A stretch of DNA of 64,000 nt from Thermoanaerobaculia bacterium (GTDB taxonomy: Bacteria; Acidobacteriota; Thermoanaerobaculia; Gp7-AA8), in assembly GCA_036398925.1 (NCBI GenBank), contig DASWOB010000050.1, positions 79,399 through 143,398 of the forward strand, in the 5' to 3' direction. Both the position numbers and the translations under genes were made by a program. The notes under the pieces are model-generated. The model saw only the letters and a program-made list of their open reading frames with translations. It did not search any database and was not told where the DNA came from. Shown one piece after another: positions 22,702 through 31,055 of the stretch (position 1 is the stretch's first letter; each line of letters begins with the position of its first letter).

Positions 22702-22760
22702 GGTTGAGGTCACGAGGTGACGGGGTTTGATAAAGCCTCGCAACCTCGTGACCTCAAACT
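22702..22760 (+). terminator. Stem-loop downstream of rpmB, a possible weak terminator or regulatory hairpin.
   Basis: ggttgaggtcacgaggt (22702-22718) pairs with acctcgtgacctcaa (22743-22757). The loop is 24 nt. The following U-tract is weak (cTATTT). Confidence 0.35.
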
Positions 22761-23313
22761 ATTTACGGCCCGCGCCCTCTCCGTCGGGCTCCACCCTTTC
22801 GTCCTCACTCCCCTCGTCGTCGCGCTCACCAGCCGCAGCTGGCCGCAGACCATTCTCATCGCCGGGCTGACGACGATCCCTCTCCTGATTCTGATCCGGC
22901 GAAACGTCCGCCGCGGCACCTGGACCGACACCGACGTCTCCCACCGCGGCCAGCGCAAAAGTCTCTACTACGCCGCCGCTCCCCTCCTCCTCCTGACCGG
23001 TCTGGTCCTCTACGCCATCGGGGCGAGCGCGAACCTGCTGCGAGGTTTTTTTGCAGCCACCGCAATGATCGTCACCGGTTTCTTGCTGATGCCGCTACTC
23101 AAAGTTTCTCTCCACATGACCTTCGCCGGCTTCTCCGCGATGATCCTCCTCGACCGGAGCGGCTTCGCCCCGCCGCCCCTCGGAGTCGCGATTCTGCTCG
23201 TGCTGGCCCTGGCCTGGTCGCGCCGAACACTCGACCGGCACACCTGGGCCGAGATCGCCACCGGCATCGTGATCGGGACCGCCGCGGGTGCCTGGACGGT
23301 CGTCGGCGGGTGA
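22717..23313 (+). CDS. Polytopic membrane protein, weakly PAP2-like.
   Basis: At least five hydrophobic helices. SLHMTFAG and SRRTLDRHTWAE resemble the PAP2 PSGH and SRx5Hx3D motifs. The listed GTG start lies inside the rpmB hairpin loop, so the true start is uncertain. Confidence 0.4.
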   Translation: MTGFDKASQPRDLKLFTARALSVGLHPFVLTPLVVALTSRSWPQTILIAGLTTIPLLILIRRNVRRGTWTDTDVSHRGQRKSLYYAAAPLLLLTGLVLYAIGASANLLRGFFAATAMIVTGFLLMPLLKVSLHMTFAGFSAMILLDRSGFAPPPLGVAILLVLALAWSRRTLDRHTWAEIATGIVIGTAAGAWTVVGG

Positions 23314-23322
23314 AATGACACG

Positions 23323-23508
23323 ATGCACAACGAATTCACCGCGATCCTCGAGCGCGGCGAAGAGTGGTTCATCGCCTGCTGCCCCGAGATCCCGGGTGCC
23401 AACGGCCAAGGCCGCAGCTCGGACGAAGGCCGAGCGAACCTCGGCGAACCGATCGCGCTGATCCTCGAAGACCGGCGTGAAGATGCCCTCCGCGGGGTGC
23501 CTGCTTAG
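23323..23508 (+). CDS. HicB-like (UPF0150) antitoxin-type small protein with no adjacent HicA.
   Basis: MHNEFTAILERGEEWFIACCPEIPGANGQGRSSDEGRANLGEPIALILE fits the HicB N-domain pattern (...W.A.CPE.PG...QG.S.DEA..NL.E.I.L.LE). Confidence 0.55.
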   Translation: MHNEFTAILERGEEWFIACCPEIPGANGQGRSSDEGRANLGEPIALILEDRREDALRGVPA

Positions 23509-23774
23509 CCCGGCGACTCCGCCGGCCGCGGATTCCGCGCCGCGGCGATCTCCCGGACGATCTCGGCCGGATCGGCGCCGAGAACGTCCGAGAGTTCGAT
23601 CAACGTGCTGAGACTGGGGAGGTTCTCCCCACGCTCGACGAGTCTCAGATACTGCGGCGTCATGCCGGACCGCTGGGCGAGCTTGATGAGCGTCCAGCCG
23701 CGCTGTTGTCGCAACCTGGCGATGATTCGTCCGAGGCGGACTGCTTCCACGGTGATTCTGCGTGCTCTGACCAT
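23505..23774 (-). CDS. XRE-family helix-turn-helix transcriptional regulator (89 aa).
   Basis: LGRIIARLRQQRGWTLIKLAQRSGMTPQYLRLVERGENLPSLSTLIELSDVLG is a canonical XRE HTH. The ATG at 23774 was chosen. The longer listed ORF (to 23906) runs into the tandem repeat array. Confidence 0.55.
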   Translation of the reverse strand: MVRARRITVEAVRLGRIIARLRQQRGWTLIKLAQRSGMTPQYLRLVERGENLPSLSTLIELSDVLGADPAEIVREIAAARNPRPAESPG

Positions 23775-23846
23775 GATGCAGCGTGAGACGGCGATGAAGC
23801 CATTCCGGTTCTGCTCGCCAGTTCCCGCAATCCCCGATTCGAGCAG

Positions 23847-24207
23847 ACGGTCCGCGACCTCACGCGCGATATCCATGGATACCAGGCACACGGTCCGCGA
23901 CGTCACGCACGATATCCATGGATATCAAGCACACGGTCCGCGACCTCACGCACGATATCCATGGATATCACGCACACGGTCCGCGACCTCACGCACGATA
24001 TCCATGGATATCACGCACACGATCCGCGACCTCACGCACGATATCCATGGATATCACGCACGCGGTCCGCGACCTCACGCGTGATGGTATGGATAGCACC
24101 GGTGATGTCCATGGATATCACGCGAGCGCTCCGTGGACCCCGCGTTTGCATCCATGGATTCCAGCCGCAAAGTCCGCGAGCAGCGAAACGGAATCCATGG
24201 ATTCCGT
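23847..24207. repeat. Tandem array of 43-bp direct repeats (5 near-perfect and about 3-4 degenerate copies). Each carries the perfect 16-bp palindrome GATATCCATGGATATC.
   Basis: The palindrome starts at 23868, 23911, 23954, 23997 and 24040 (period 43). The spacer is acgcacacggtccgcgacctcacgcac. Degenerate copies run to about 24207. The array sits 73 bp upstream of the XRE gene start and 24 bp from the stop of the sugar dehydrogenase gene. Confidence 0.85.
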
Positions 24208-24230
24208 CGTGACGACGAGGTCGGGATGAA

Positions 24231-25358
24231 CTACTTGCGTTCAATCCTCAGGATCCGTCCCCGCGCGTCGTCCGTGATCACGTACAGCAGTCCGTCCGGC
24301 CCCTCCGCCACATCGCGAATGCGCTCGCCGAGGTTGCCGAGGTAACGCTCCTCGGCCGTCACGCGGCCGTTCGCCAGGGTCAGCCGCACCAGCGCGCCGG
24401 GCTGCAGCGAGCCGACGAAGACGCTCCCCTTCCAGCCGGGGTAGGCGTTGCCGCCGTAGACCAGCATCCCCGAGGGGGCAATGACCGGATCCCAGTAATA
24501 AACCGGCTGCTCCATCCCCGCCTTGGCGGTGAGCCCCTCGCCGATCTTCCGGCCCGAGTACTCGACGCCGTACGAGATCACCGGCCAGCCGTAGTTCTTC
24601 CCCCCCTGCGGGCGATTGAGCTCGTCGCCGCCGCGCGCGCCATGTTCGACCGTCCAGAGCTCCCCCGTCTGCGGATGGAGCACCGCCGCCTGGACGTTGC
24701 GGTGGCCGTAGCTCCAGATCTCCGGGCGTGCGTCGCTCCGTCCGACGAACGGGTTGTCTTTCGGGATGGTCCCGTCGCGATGGATGCGTACCACTTTGCC
24801 GAGGCCCGACTTGAGGTCCTGCGCCTGCGCGCTGTAGCGCATCCGGTCGCCCTGCGTGATGAAGAGCGTTCCGTCGCGGCGGAAGACGATCCGAGAGCCG
24901 AAATGTCCCGCCCCTGCCACCTTCGGCACCTGCCGGTAGATGACCTGCACGTTCTCGAGACCGCGCTCCCCGAGCTTGCCGCGGCAGACCGCCGTCCCGG
25001 CCAGCCCGTCCTCCCCCGGCTCCGCATAAGAGAGGTAGACCAGCCGGTTCTGCGCGAACTGCGGATCGAGGGCGACGTCGAGCAGCCCTCCCTGCCCCTG
25101 CGCCAGGACGCGCGGCACGCCCGCCAGCGGTGCGGAAAGCTGTCCGCTCTTGCTCACCAGACGCAGCCGCCCCGGCCTCTCGGTCACCAGCGCCCGGCCG
25201 TCCGGCAGGAATGCCAGCCCCCACGGATGCTCGAGCCCCGTCGCAAAGTCCGTGACCTTGTTCGGGATCGTCTTCGAGCGCGGTGTCGGCGATTTCTGCT
25301 GTGCGCAGACGGCCGAGGTAACGAGGAGGAGGGAGAGCAGCAGCGCGACGCGTCTCAT
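24231..25358 (-). CDS. PQQ-dependent soluble sugar (aldose/sorbosone) dehydrogenase with a beta-propeller fold.
   Basis: Signal peptide. [50 protein letters not shown] and [16 protein letters not shown] match the YliI/sorbosone-dehydrogenase family. Confidence 0.85.
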   Translation of the reverse strand: MRRVALLLSLLLVTSAVCAQQKSPTPRSKTIPNKVTDFATGLEHPWGLAFLPDGRALVTERPGRLRLVSKSGQLSAPLAGVPRVLAQGQGGLLDVALDPQFAQNRLVYLSYAEPGEDGLAGTAVCRGKLGERGLENVQVIYRQVPKVAGAGHFGSRIVFRRDGTLFITQGDRMRYSAQAQDLKSGLGKVVRIHRDGTIPKDNPFVGRSDARPEIWSYGHRNVQAAVLHPQTGELWTVEHGARGGDELNRPQGGKNYGWPVISYGVEYSGRKIGEGLTAKAGMEQPVYYWDPVIAPSGMLVYGGNAYPGWKGSVFVGSLQPGALVRLTLANGRVTAEERYLGNLGERIRDVAEGPDGLLYVITDDARGRILRIERK

Positions 25359-25386
25359 GCGCCGTGGTCTTTCACATTCCGGACCG

Positions 25387-26010
25387 CTATCGAGCGCCGT
25401 TCGCCCGTCCGATCAGCGTCTCGAGCGGCCCCTCGATCCGCTCGGCCATGATGGCGTAGCCGGCGGCGTTCGGATGGATCTCGTCGCTCCTGAGCTTCGG
25501 ATCGGTGAGGATGCCGTCCATCAGATCGTCGATCAGCAGGCACTCCTCCTCGTCCGCGACCCGTTCGTACATCTTTGCGTAGCTCGGCCCGATGCTGGGG
25601 AACTCGAAGCCGAGCAGCACCACCATCGCCCCCGCCCCCTGGATCGTTTTCACGATGGCGCGCAGGTTGGCCTCCGTCGTGGCGATCGGCGCGCGCCGCA
25701 GAAAATCGTTGCCGCCCAAACCCACCACCACGATGCGCGGGTTGCGCGCCACGACGTCGTTGTCGATGCGCGCGAGTGCGGTCTCGGTGGTGTCGCCGCT
25801 GACGCCGGCGTTGATCACCTCCACGCCGAGCTTCGAGGTCAGCAGCGCCGGATACGCCTCCCCCGCCGACGCGCCATAGCCCTGCGTCAGCGAGTCGCCG
25901 AACGCGATGATTGCCGTGCCGCGGGAGTCGAGATTGCGGACGTGCGGCTTTGGCCAGAAGATGACACCGAGCGTAACGGCGACCACCACCGCCACGCGAA
26001 TGACGTACAT
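25387..26010 (-). CDS. SGNH/GDSL hydrolase (TesA-like arylesterase/lysophospholipase).
   Basis: The ATG at 26010. An N-terminal hydrophobic segment. [13 protein letters not shown] (GDS block), GGNDF and [10 protein letters not shown] blocks. Confidence 0.8.
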   Translation of the reverse strand: MYVIRVAVVVAVTLGVIFWPKPHVRNLDSRGTAIIAFGDSLTQGYGASAGEAYPALLTSKLGVEVINAGVSGDTTETALARIDNDVVARNPRIVVVGLGGNDFLRRAPIATTEANLRAIVKTIQGAGAMVVLLGFEFPSIGPSYAKMYERVADEEECLLIDDLMDGILTDPKLRSDEIHPNAAGYAIMAERIEGPLETLIGRANGAR

Positions 26011-26018
26011 GCGTTTGA

Positions 26019-27998
26019 TCACGCCGTCAGTGTACGACCGCCGCCATGCTCGAGCCGCGCGATGACCTTGGTCAGGTCCTCGTGCCCGCCGACCAGCAGC
26101 ATCGTGTCGCCGGCCTGCAGCGGCTCCCCGACCGGCAGCGGCGTCAGCGCCTGGCCGTCGCGCAGCAGCGCCGCGACCCCGACCCCGTCGTCCGTCAACC
26201 GCATCTCCCCGAGCGTGCGCCCCTCCGCGAACGAATCGGGCAGCACCATGAACGTCTGCGACAGGCCGGCCGCGAAGATCGCGGAGAGCCTGCGCCCATC
26301 GGTGGCCCGTACGGCCGGATCGCGCAGCATCTTGTATCCCTCGTCGCGCAGCACCCGAATCTGATTGGCGACGATGTTCTGCGGCACGCACATGACCCGC
26401 AGCGTACGGGTGACGATTTCCAGCGACGTCTCGAACTCCTCCGGAATGACTTCATCGGCACCGATCTGCCGAAGCGGATCGACCTCCGCCACGTACCGCG
26501 TCCGCACGATCACATGCACGTCCGGATTGAGCGAGCGGCAGAAGCGGACGATCCGCCGCGTCCCATCGGCATCCGAGATGGCCACGATCACCAGCACCGC
26601 CTCGGCGATTCCGGCGAGCTGCATCGCGTGCGGATCGGCGGCATCCGCCATCAGCGCACGGCTGCCGGCCTTGCGCGCGGCGGCCACGCGATCCGGATCC
26701 TCCTCCAGCACCACGTGCTTCACGCCGGTCGACACCAGCACGCGCGCCACGTTCTGGCCGTTCAGCCCATAGCCGACGATCACGACGTGATGGCGCAGCG
26801 GCTCGCGCTCTTGCAGGTCTTCCTCCGGTGCCGCGTCATGCAGCCGCGCCGCGAGCCGGCTTCCCGCCGCGACCAGCAGCGGCGACGCCGCGAGCGTCAT
26901 CACCGCCACCGCTACGAAAGTCTGCTCCCCCGTGTTGCCCAGCAGCCCCACCTTCTTGCCGGCCTGCGCGAGCAGGAACGAAAACTCCCCGATCGGAGCG
27001 ATGGCGAACGCCGCCCGGATCGAGGTACGCCGCACCGCCGGCGACAGGCGAAAGGCCGGGTACGCGCACAGCACCTTCAGCAGGACGATCCCCGCCACCA
27101 TCCCCACGATCAGCAGCGGATGGGCGAGGAAGAACATCGGATCGAGCAGCATCCCGATCGAGGTGAAGAAGAGCGCCGAGAGAAAGTCGCGGAACGGCCG
27201 CAGCACGCCCTCGATCTCGTGGATGAACTCCGTCTCACCGACCACCAGCCCCGCCGCGAAGGCGCCGAGGGCGGGCGAGATGCCGAGCCGCTCCGCGATC
27301 GCGATGGTCACCACGATCAGGACCACCGACGCTGCGGTGAACGTCTCCCGCCCCATCCGGGCGATGCGCGCAAAGAGACGCGGCACGATGTATCGCGCCA
27401 CCACGATCAGCAGCACCACGCCGACGATGGCGATGGCCACCCGCTGCATCACGAGCCCGGGCGAGGCGGCCCCCGGCCCGCCGACGGCGAAGGCCGGCAC
27501 GAGCAGCATCAGCGGAATGACCGCGAGATCCTGAAAGAGCGACACGCCGAGAAACTTCCGCGCGAACGGCGCCCCGATCTCATCGCGCGCCGTCAGGATC
27601 GGCAGCACCACTGCCGTCGACCCGAGCGCCACCAGGATGCCGTAGAACAACCCGAGCCGCAGCGGACGCCCGATCATCACCGTGATCGCCGCCACGGCGA
27701 AGGTGGTCAACCCCATCTGCAACGGCCCGGATAAAAACGCGGTCCGTCCGAGCGCCCGCAGTCGCGCCAGCGGAACGTGCAACCCGATGAAGAAAAGGAT
27801 CAGCGCCACCCCGAGCTCCGCGATCGACTCGACCGCTGCCGTCTCATGGATCCACGCCAGCGCATGCGGCCCGATCAGGATGCCGGCCAGGATGTAGCTC
27901 AGCACCTCCGGCACGCCGAAACGCCGCCCGAGGTAGAGGAGCGGAAAAGCGGCGACCAGAATGATCGCCATATCGAAGAGCAACGGCTGGTCGTGCAT
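26019..27998 (-). CDS. CPA2-family monovalent cation:proton antiporter (KefB/KefC-like) with a C-terminal RCK/TrkA-N domain.
   Basis: An N-terminal Na_H_Exchanger-type 12-TM region. VVIVGYGLNGQNVARVL (Rossmann GxGxxG). A TrkA-C-like C-terminus. Confidence 0.85.
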   Translation of the reverse strand: MHDQPLLFDMAIILVAAFPLLYLGRRFGVPEVLSYILAGILIGPHALAWIHETAAVESIAELGVALILFFIGLHVPLARLRALGRTAFLSGPLQMGLTTFAVAAITVMIGRPLRLGLFYGILVALGSTAVVLPILTARDEIGAPFARKFLGVSLFQDLAVIPLMLLVPAFAVGGPGAASPGLVMQRVAIAIVGVVLLIVVARYIVPRLFARIARMGRETFTAASVVLIVVTIAIAERLGISPALGAFAAGLVVGETEFIHEIEGVLRPFRDFLSALFFTSIGMLLDPMFFLAHPLLIVGMVAGIVLLKVLCAYPAFRLSPAVRRTSIRAAFAIAPIGEFSFLLAQAGKKVGLLGNTGEQTFVAVAVMTLAASPLLVAAGSRLAARLHDAAPEEDLQEREPLRHHVVIVGYGLNGQNVARVLVSTGVKHVVLEEDPDRVAAARKAGSRALMADAADPHAMQLAGIAEAVLVIVAISDADGTRRIVRFCRSLNPDVHVIVRTRYVAEVDPLRQIGADEVIPEEFETSLEIVTRTLRVMCVPQNIVANQIRVLRDEGYKMLRDPAVRATDGRRLSAIFAAGLSQTFMVLPDSFAEGRTLGEMRLTDDGVGVAALLRDGQALTPLPVGEPLQAGDTMLLVGGHEDLTKVIARLEHGGGRTLTA

Positions 27999-28078
27999 CA
28001 GCGGAAAGTATGAAGGACTCCGCCGTCCGCCGATCAGTCGCCATCAGCCAACGGGGAGGGCCCACGGGCGGTGGAATA

Positions 28079-28325
28079 TGGACTGCGGTGGCAACGCCGC
28101 CGCTCTTCCACACGCGGCGGAGCCGCGCCAAACGGGGAGCGGGCGTCCCGCCGGCGAGCGCGTGGCATCCTGCCGCGCGCCGAAGAGCATGGTGCACGGG
28201 CGATCTTTGCCACCGGGCGAGACGCCCGGTGGTCGCGGGCGGGAGGCCCGGCGGGACGCCCGCTCCCCGGCGGGGCCGCTCCGCGGCCATGAGAGAGCGG
28301 CGGCGACGGCCGCCGCAGTCCAGAT
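28079..28325. mobile_element. MITE-like palindromic element, long copy A, with terminal inverted repeats of about 28 bp.
   Basis: The left end is ggactgcggtggcaacgccgccgctctt. The right end is its near-exact reverse complement, aagagcggcggcgacggccgccgcagtcc(agat). The interior is itself a nested inverted repeat. It lies between the kefB-like start and the stop of the HicB-like gene. Confidence 0.5.
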
Positions 28326-28351
28326 TCAAAGCGCGGGGAGTGTCGATCCCG

Positions 28352-28738
28352 CTACGGATCAACATCCCCCGACCGATGAACGCGCACGCGCCCAGGTTCC
28401 ACGATCAGATCGAATGCTCGGCCGACTCTTCGGCTAGTCGTTGCAGCGCCGCTGAGCGCACGCCGGCCACTGGTCACCGGAACCGTGGATGCAGCAGACG
28501 CGCGGTTCGTCGGGGTCGGACGGAAATTCGCTTCGCGCAACGCCTGGTCGAGAACACCGCGCTCCACGCAGCTCTCGAACCATAATTCGACAGCTTCCTG
28601 AAGGCAGCGGCGTGCGTCGCCATCACTGCGGCCTTGCGACACCACACCGACCATCGGACAGGTTGCAATCCATCGGCGCGTGGTGTCGGGTCGCACGAAC
28701 GCCTGAAGATGAACCTCGAGAGCGATAGATTCGGTCAT
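28352..28738 (-). CDS. HicB-like (UPF0150) protein with a low-complexity C-terminal extension and no HicA partner.
   Basis: The N-terminal 65 aa (MTESIALEVHLQAFVRPDTTRRWIATCPMVGVVSQGRSDGDARRCLQEAVELWFESCVERGVL) fits the HicB pattern. The C-terminal half is Ala/Ser/Arg-rich and runs up to the MITE copy. Confidence 0.45.
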   Translation of the reverse strand: MTESIALEVHLQAFVRPDTTRRWIATCPMVGVVSQGRSDGDARRCLQEAVELWFESCVERGVLDQALREANFRPTPTNRASAASTVPVTSGRRALSGAATTSRRVGRAFDLIVEPGRVRVHRSGDVDP

Positions 28739-28790
28739 ACGTGACTCAGATCGTACGGCGGTGACACCGCTGGATCAACGGGGAGCGGCT

Positions 28791-30281
28791 CTACTCCCCC
28801 ACCCGCAACCTCTCCAGCGGCAGCATGGCCGGTCCTTCGATCACTTCCCCATCGGTCGCGAAGCGGCTGCCGTGGCACGGGCAGTCCCAGCTCTTTTCGT
28901 AGCCGTTCCAGTGGACGATGCAGCCCATGTGCGTGCAGATGGGCGACAGCGCGGTCCATTCGCCGGAGGTGGAGCGGTGCACGGCCACTTTCTTGCCGTC
29001 GATCTCGACCAGGCAGCCTTCGCCCGCGGCGACGTCGGCGACTTTCTCGACATCAGCGCGGCGGAGGAGGAAGTCCTTGACGTACTGTTCGGCGACGTTG
29101 ACGTTCTCTTTGACGAACTCCTTCGCCGACTTGACCGGCGTGAAGCGGTTGGCCTTGTAGACGCTGGCCCATTCGTTCTCGCGGCCGAGGATGTCGTCGG
29201 TGATGATGTGCGCGGCGAGGGGGCCGTACAACAACCCGCTGGTGGAGAAGCCGGTGGCCATGTAGAGGTCGGGATGCGTTCCGGACTGGCCGATGAACGG
29301 CAGCTCGTCGGCCGGTTTGTAGTGCTGGCCCGACCAGCGGTAGTCGACGGTGGTCACGTTGAAATGCCGGCGCGCATACGTTTCGAGCTTGCCGTAGTAG
29401 TCCTCGGCATTGTCATGCTGTCCGACCTTGTGCTTCTCGCCGATGACGATCAGGTGGCCGTCGTAGGAGCGGATGGAGTGATGCATCGGCGTCTCGAGGG
29501 TCCAGAAGATCCCGTCCGGCAGCGCCCCCGAGGCCAGCTTCGCGGCCATGCCGTACTCGCGATACGGCCCCAGCTCCGTCTGCACGAGGTGAAAGCCCTT
29601 CGGCGTATGCGTGGCCAGGATGATCTTCTTTGCGCGGATGCCGCCGCCGGTGGTGGTGACGACCTGATCGCGGTCGTTGATGTCGACCACCTTCGTGTTC
29701 TCGAAGATCCGGCAGCGATCGGAGGCGATCGCCTTCGCCAGCAGCGCCACGTACGACAGCGGCTGGAACTGCGCCTGTCCGTCGATTCTCAGCGCCGGGC
29801 CGAGGGCCATCGGCAGGTCGACCGTCGACAGCGTGGCCGCGAGTCCTCCCGCCAGGGCGGCCGCATGCTCCTCTTCCATCGTCGAGATCTGCGACGCCTC
29901 GGCCGGGAAGATGAAGTGCGGCCGCCGGACGAATCCGCAGTCGATGCCGTACTGCGAAATGGTGCGCTCGATGAACGTGATCATCGCCTGGCGCGACTGG
30001 CAGACCACGCTCAGCACGTCGTCACCCCACTTTTTGCGGAGCTTCTGGAGCTGGTCGTCGACCGCCACGTGCAGGTTGCCGGTCGAATGGCCGGTCGTGC
30101 CGCGGCCGACGCGATGCGCCTCGATGACGGCCACGCTCTTGCCGGCCGCCACCAGCAGTTGCGCCGCGGTGATGCCGGTGATGCCGCCGCCGACGATGGC
30201 CACGTCGACGGAGAGATCCTCGTTCTGCGCCGGAAAGTGAACGTCTGCTGCAGTGCCTTCCCATAACGAAATACGGTTCAT
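28791..30281 (-). CDS. FAD-dependent oxidoreductase (DAO-like) fused to a C-terminal Rieske [2Fe-2S] domain.
   Basis: The ATG at 30281 is in frame. VAIVGGGITGITAAQLL (FAD GxGxxG). C-terminal CTHMGCIVHW...CPCHGSRF (Rieske CxH...CxxH). Confidence 0.85.
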   Translation of the reverse strand: MNRISLWEGTAADVHFPAQNEDLSVDVAIVGGGITGITAAQLLVAAGKSVAVIEAHRVGRGTTGHSTGNLHVAVDDQLQKLRKKWGDDVLSVVCQSRQAMITFIERTISQYGIDCGFVRRPHFIFPAEASQISTMEEEHAAALAGGLAATLSTVDLPMALGPALRIDGQAQFQPLSYVALLAKAIASDRCRIFENTKVVDINDRDQVVTTTGGGIRAKKIILATHTPKGFHLVQTELGPYREYGMAAKLASGALPDGIFWTLETPMHHSIRSYDGHLIVIGEKHKVGQHDNAEDYYGKLETYARRHFNVTTVDYRWSGQHYKPADELPFIGQSGTHPDLYMATGFSTSGLLYGPLAAHIITDDILGRENEWASVYKANRFTPVKSAKEFVKENVNVAEQYVKDFLLRRADVEKVADVAAGEGCLVEIDGKKVAVHRSTSGEWTALSPICTHMGCIVHWNGYEKSWDCPCHGSRFATDGEVIEGPAMLPLERLRVGE

Positions 30282-30389
30282 GCCGAGGCAGGAATTCACA
30301 AGTCGCGCCCGGCGCGCGGCTCGGCAGGGCTGTCCGATTTCGATGGACTTCCGGGCCGCGGTCTGCAATAGTTATCTCCACCTCGTCCA

Positions 30390-31046
30390 ATGTCTGACTT
30401 CCTTGCCGCCGCCCTGTCGTTCCCGACGGTCGTCTATACGGTCGCGCTCGTTTTCTTCCTGCTTTATGCCCTGGCTACGCTTCTCGGCGCGGCGGACATC
30501 GAGTGGCTCGACAACGTGCTGCACATCGACCACGCCAACGACACGATCTTCGAGGGAGCCCTCAGCTTCCTCGGCATCAGCGGCGTTCCGGTGATGATCT
30601 TCGGCGGCGTCGCCTCGGTGTTCGCCTGGATCGCTTCGATCGCTGCGATGAAGTTCGTCCCCGATTCGATGCTCTTCGCGACCCTGGCCGGCCTCGGCGC
30701 GGGTGTGGCCGGCCTGGCCCTCGGCTCGCTGGCCGTCCGGCCGCTGCACGGCATCTTCAACACCGCCACCGGCCCGCAGCGCTCCGGCATCGTCGGCAAG
30801 GTCTGCACGGTCCGCTCGCTGCGCGTCGACGAGACCAGCGGCACGGCGGAAGTGGACGGCGGCGCCGGCTTCATCGCCGAGGTGCGCTGCATGCGTGAGA
30901 ACGCCATGACCCGCGGCAGCAAAGCGATCGTCTACGACTACGACCCCAAAGAAGGTATCTACTTCATCGGCCCGCTCGATCGATCGGTGGCCGAGGTTGA
31001 TGCAGCACTCATCACCGCATCTCGCAGCCCGCAGGCCGAGAGCTAG
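30390..31046 (+). CDS. NfeD-like membrane protein (YqiJ-type) with a C-terminal OB-fold.
   Basis: Four TM helices, then GKVCTVRSLRVDETSGTAEVDGGAGFIAEVRCMRENAMTRGSKAIVYDYD (NfeD beta-barrel). Immediately upstream of the flotillin gene. Confidence 0.75.
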   Translation: MSDFLAAALSFPTVVYTVALVFFLLYALATLLGAADIEWLDNVLHIDHANDTIFEGALSFLGISGVPVMIFGGVASVFAWIASIAAMKFVPDSMLFATLAGLGAGVAGLALGSLAVRPLHGIFNTATGPQRSGIVGKVCTVRSLRVDETSGTAEVDGGAGFIAEVRCMRENAMTRGSKAIVYDYDPKEGIYFIGPLDRSVAEVDAALITASRSPQAES

Positions 31047-31055
31047 GAGACATCC

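Noticed and set aside
23847-24207. Interpretation of the 43-bp array as a CRISPR array
   Set aside because: The sequences between the palindromes are identical from unit to unit, so there are no unique spacers. No cas genes are nearby.
23605-24244. ORFs predicted inside the 43-bp tandem array (23605..24084 +, 23918..24229 +, 23961..24212 +, 24032..24244 -)
   Set aside because: Their translations are periodic read-throughs of the repeat unit (MDITHTVRDLTHDIHGYHA...). They are artefacts of the repeat, not genes.
27961-28437. ORFs translating the MITE copies (27961..28437 +, 47183..47686 -, 47327..47596 +, 56607..57224 -), all carrying an LDCGGNAAAL motif
   Set aside because: The shared peptide is simply the translation of the conserved terminal repeat. 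The ORFs have low coding bias and overlap in several frames.
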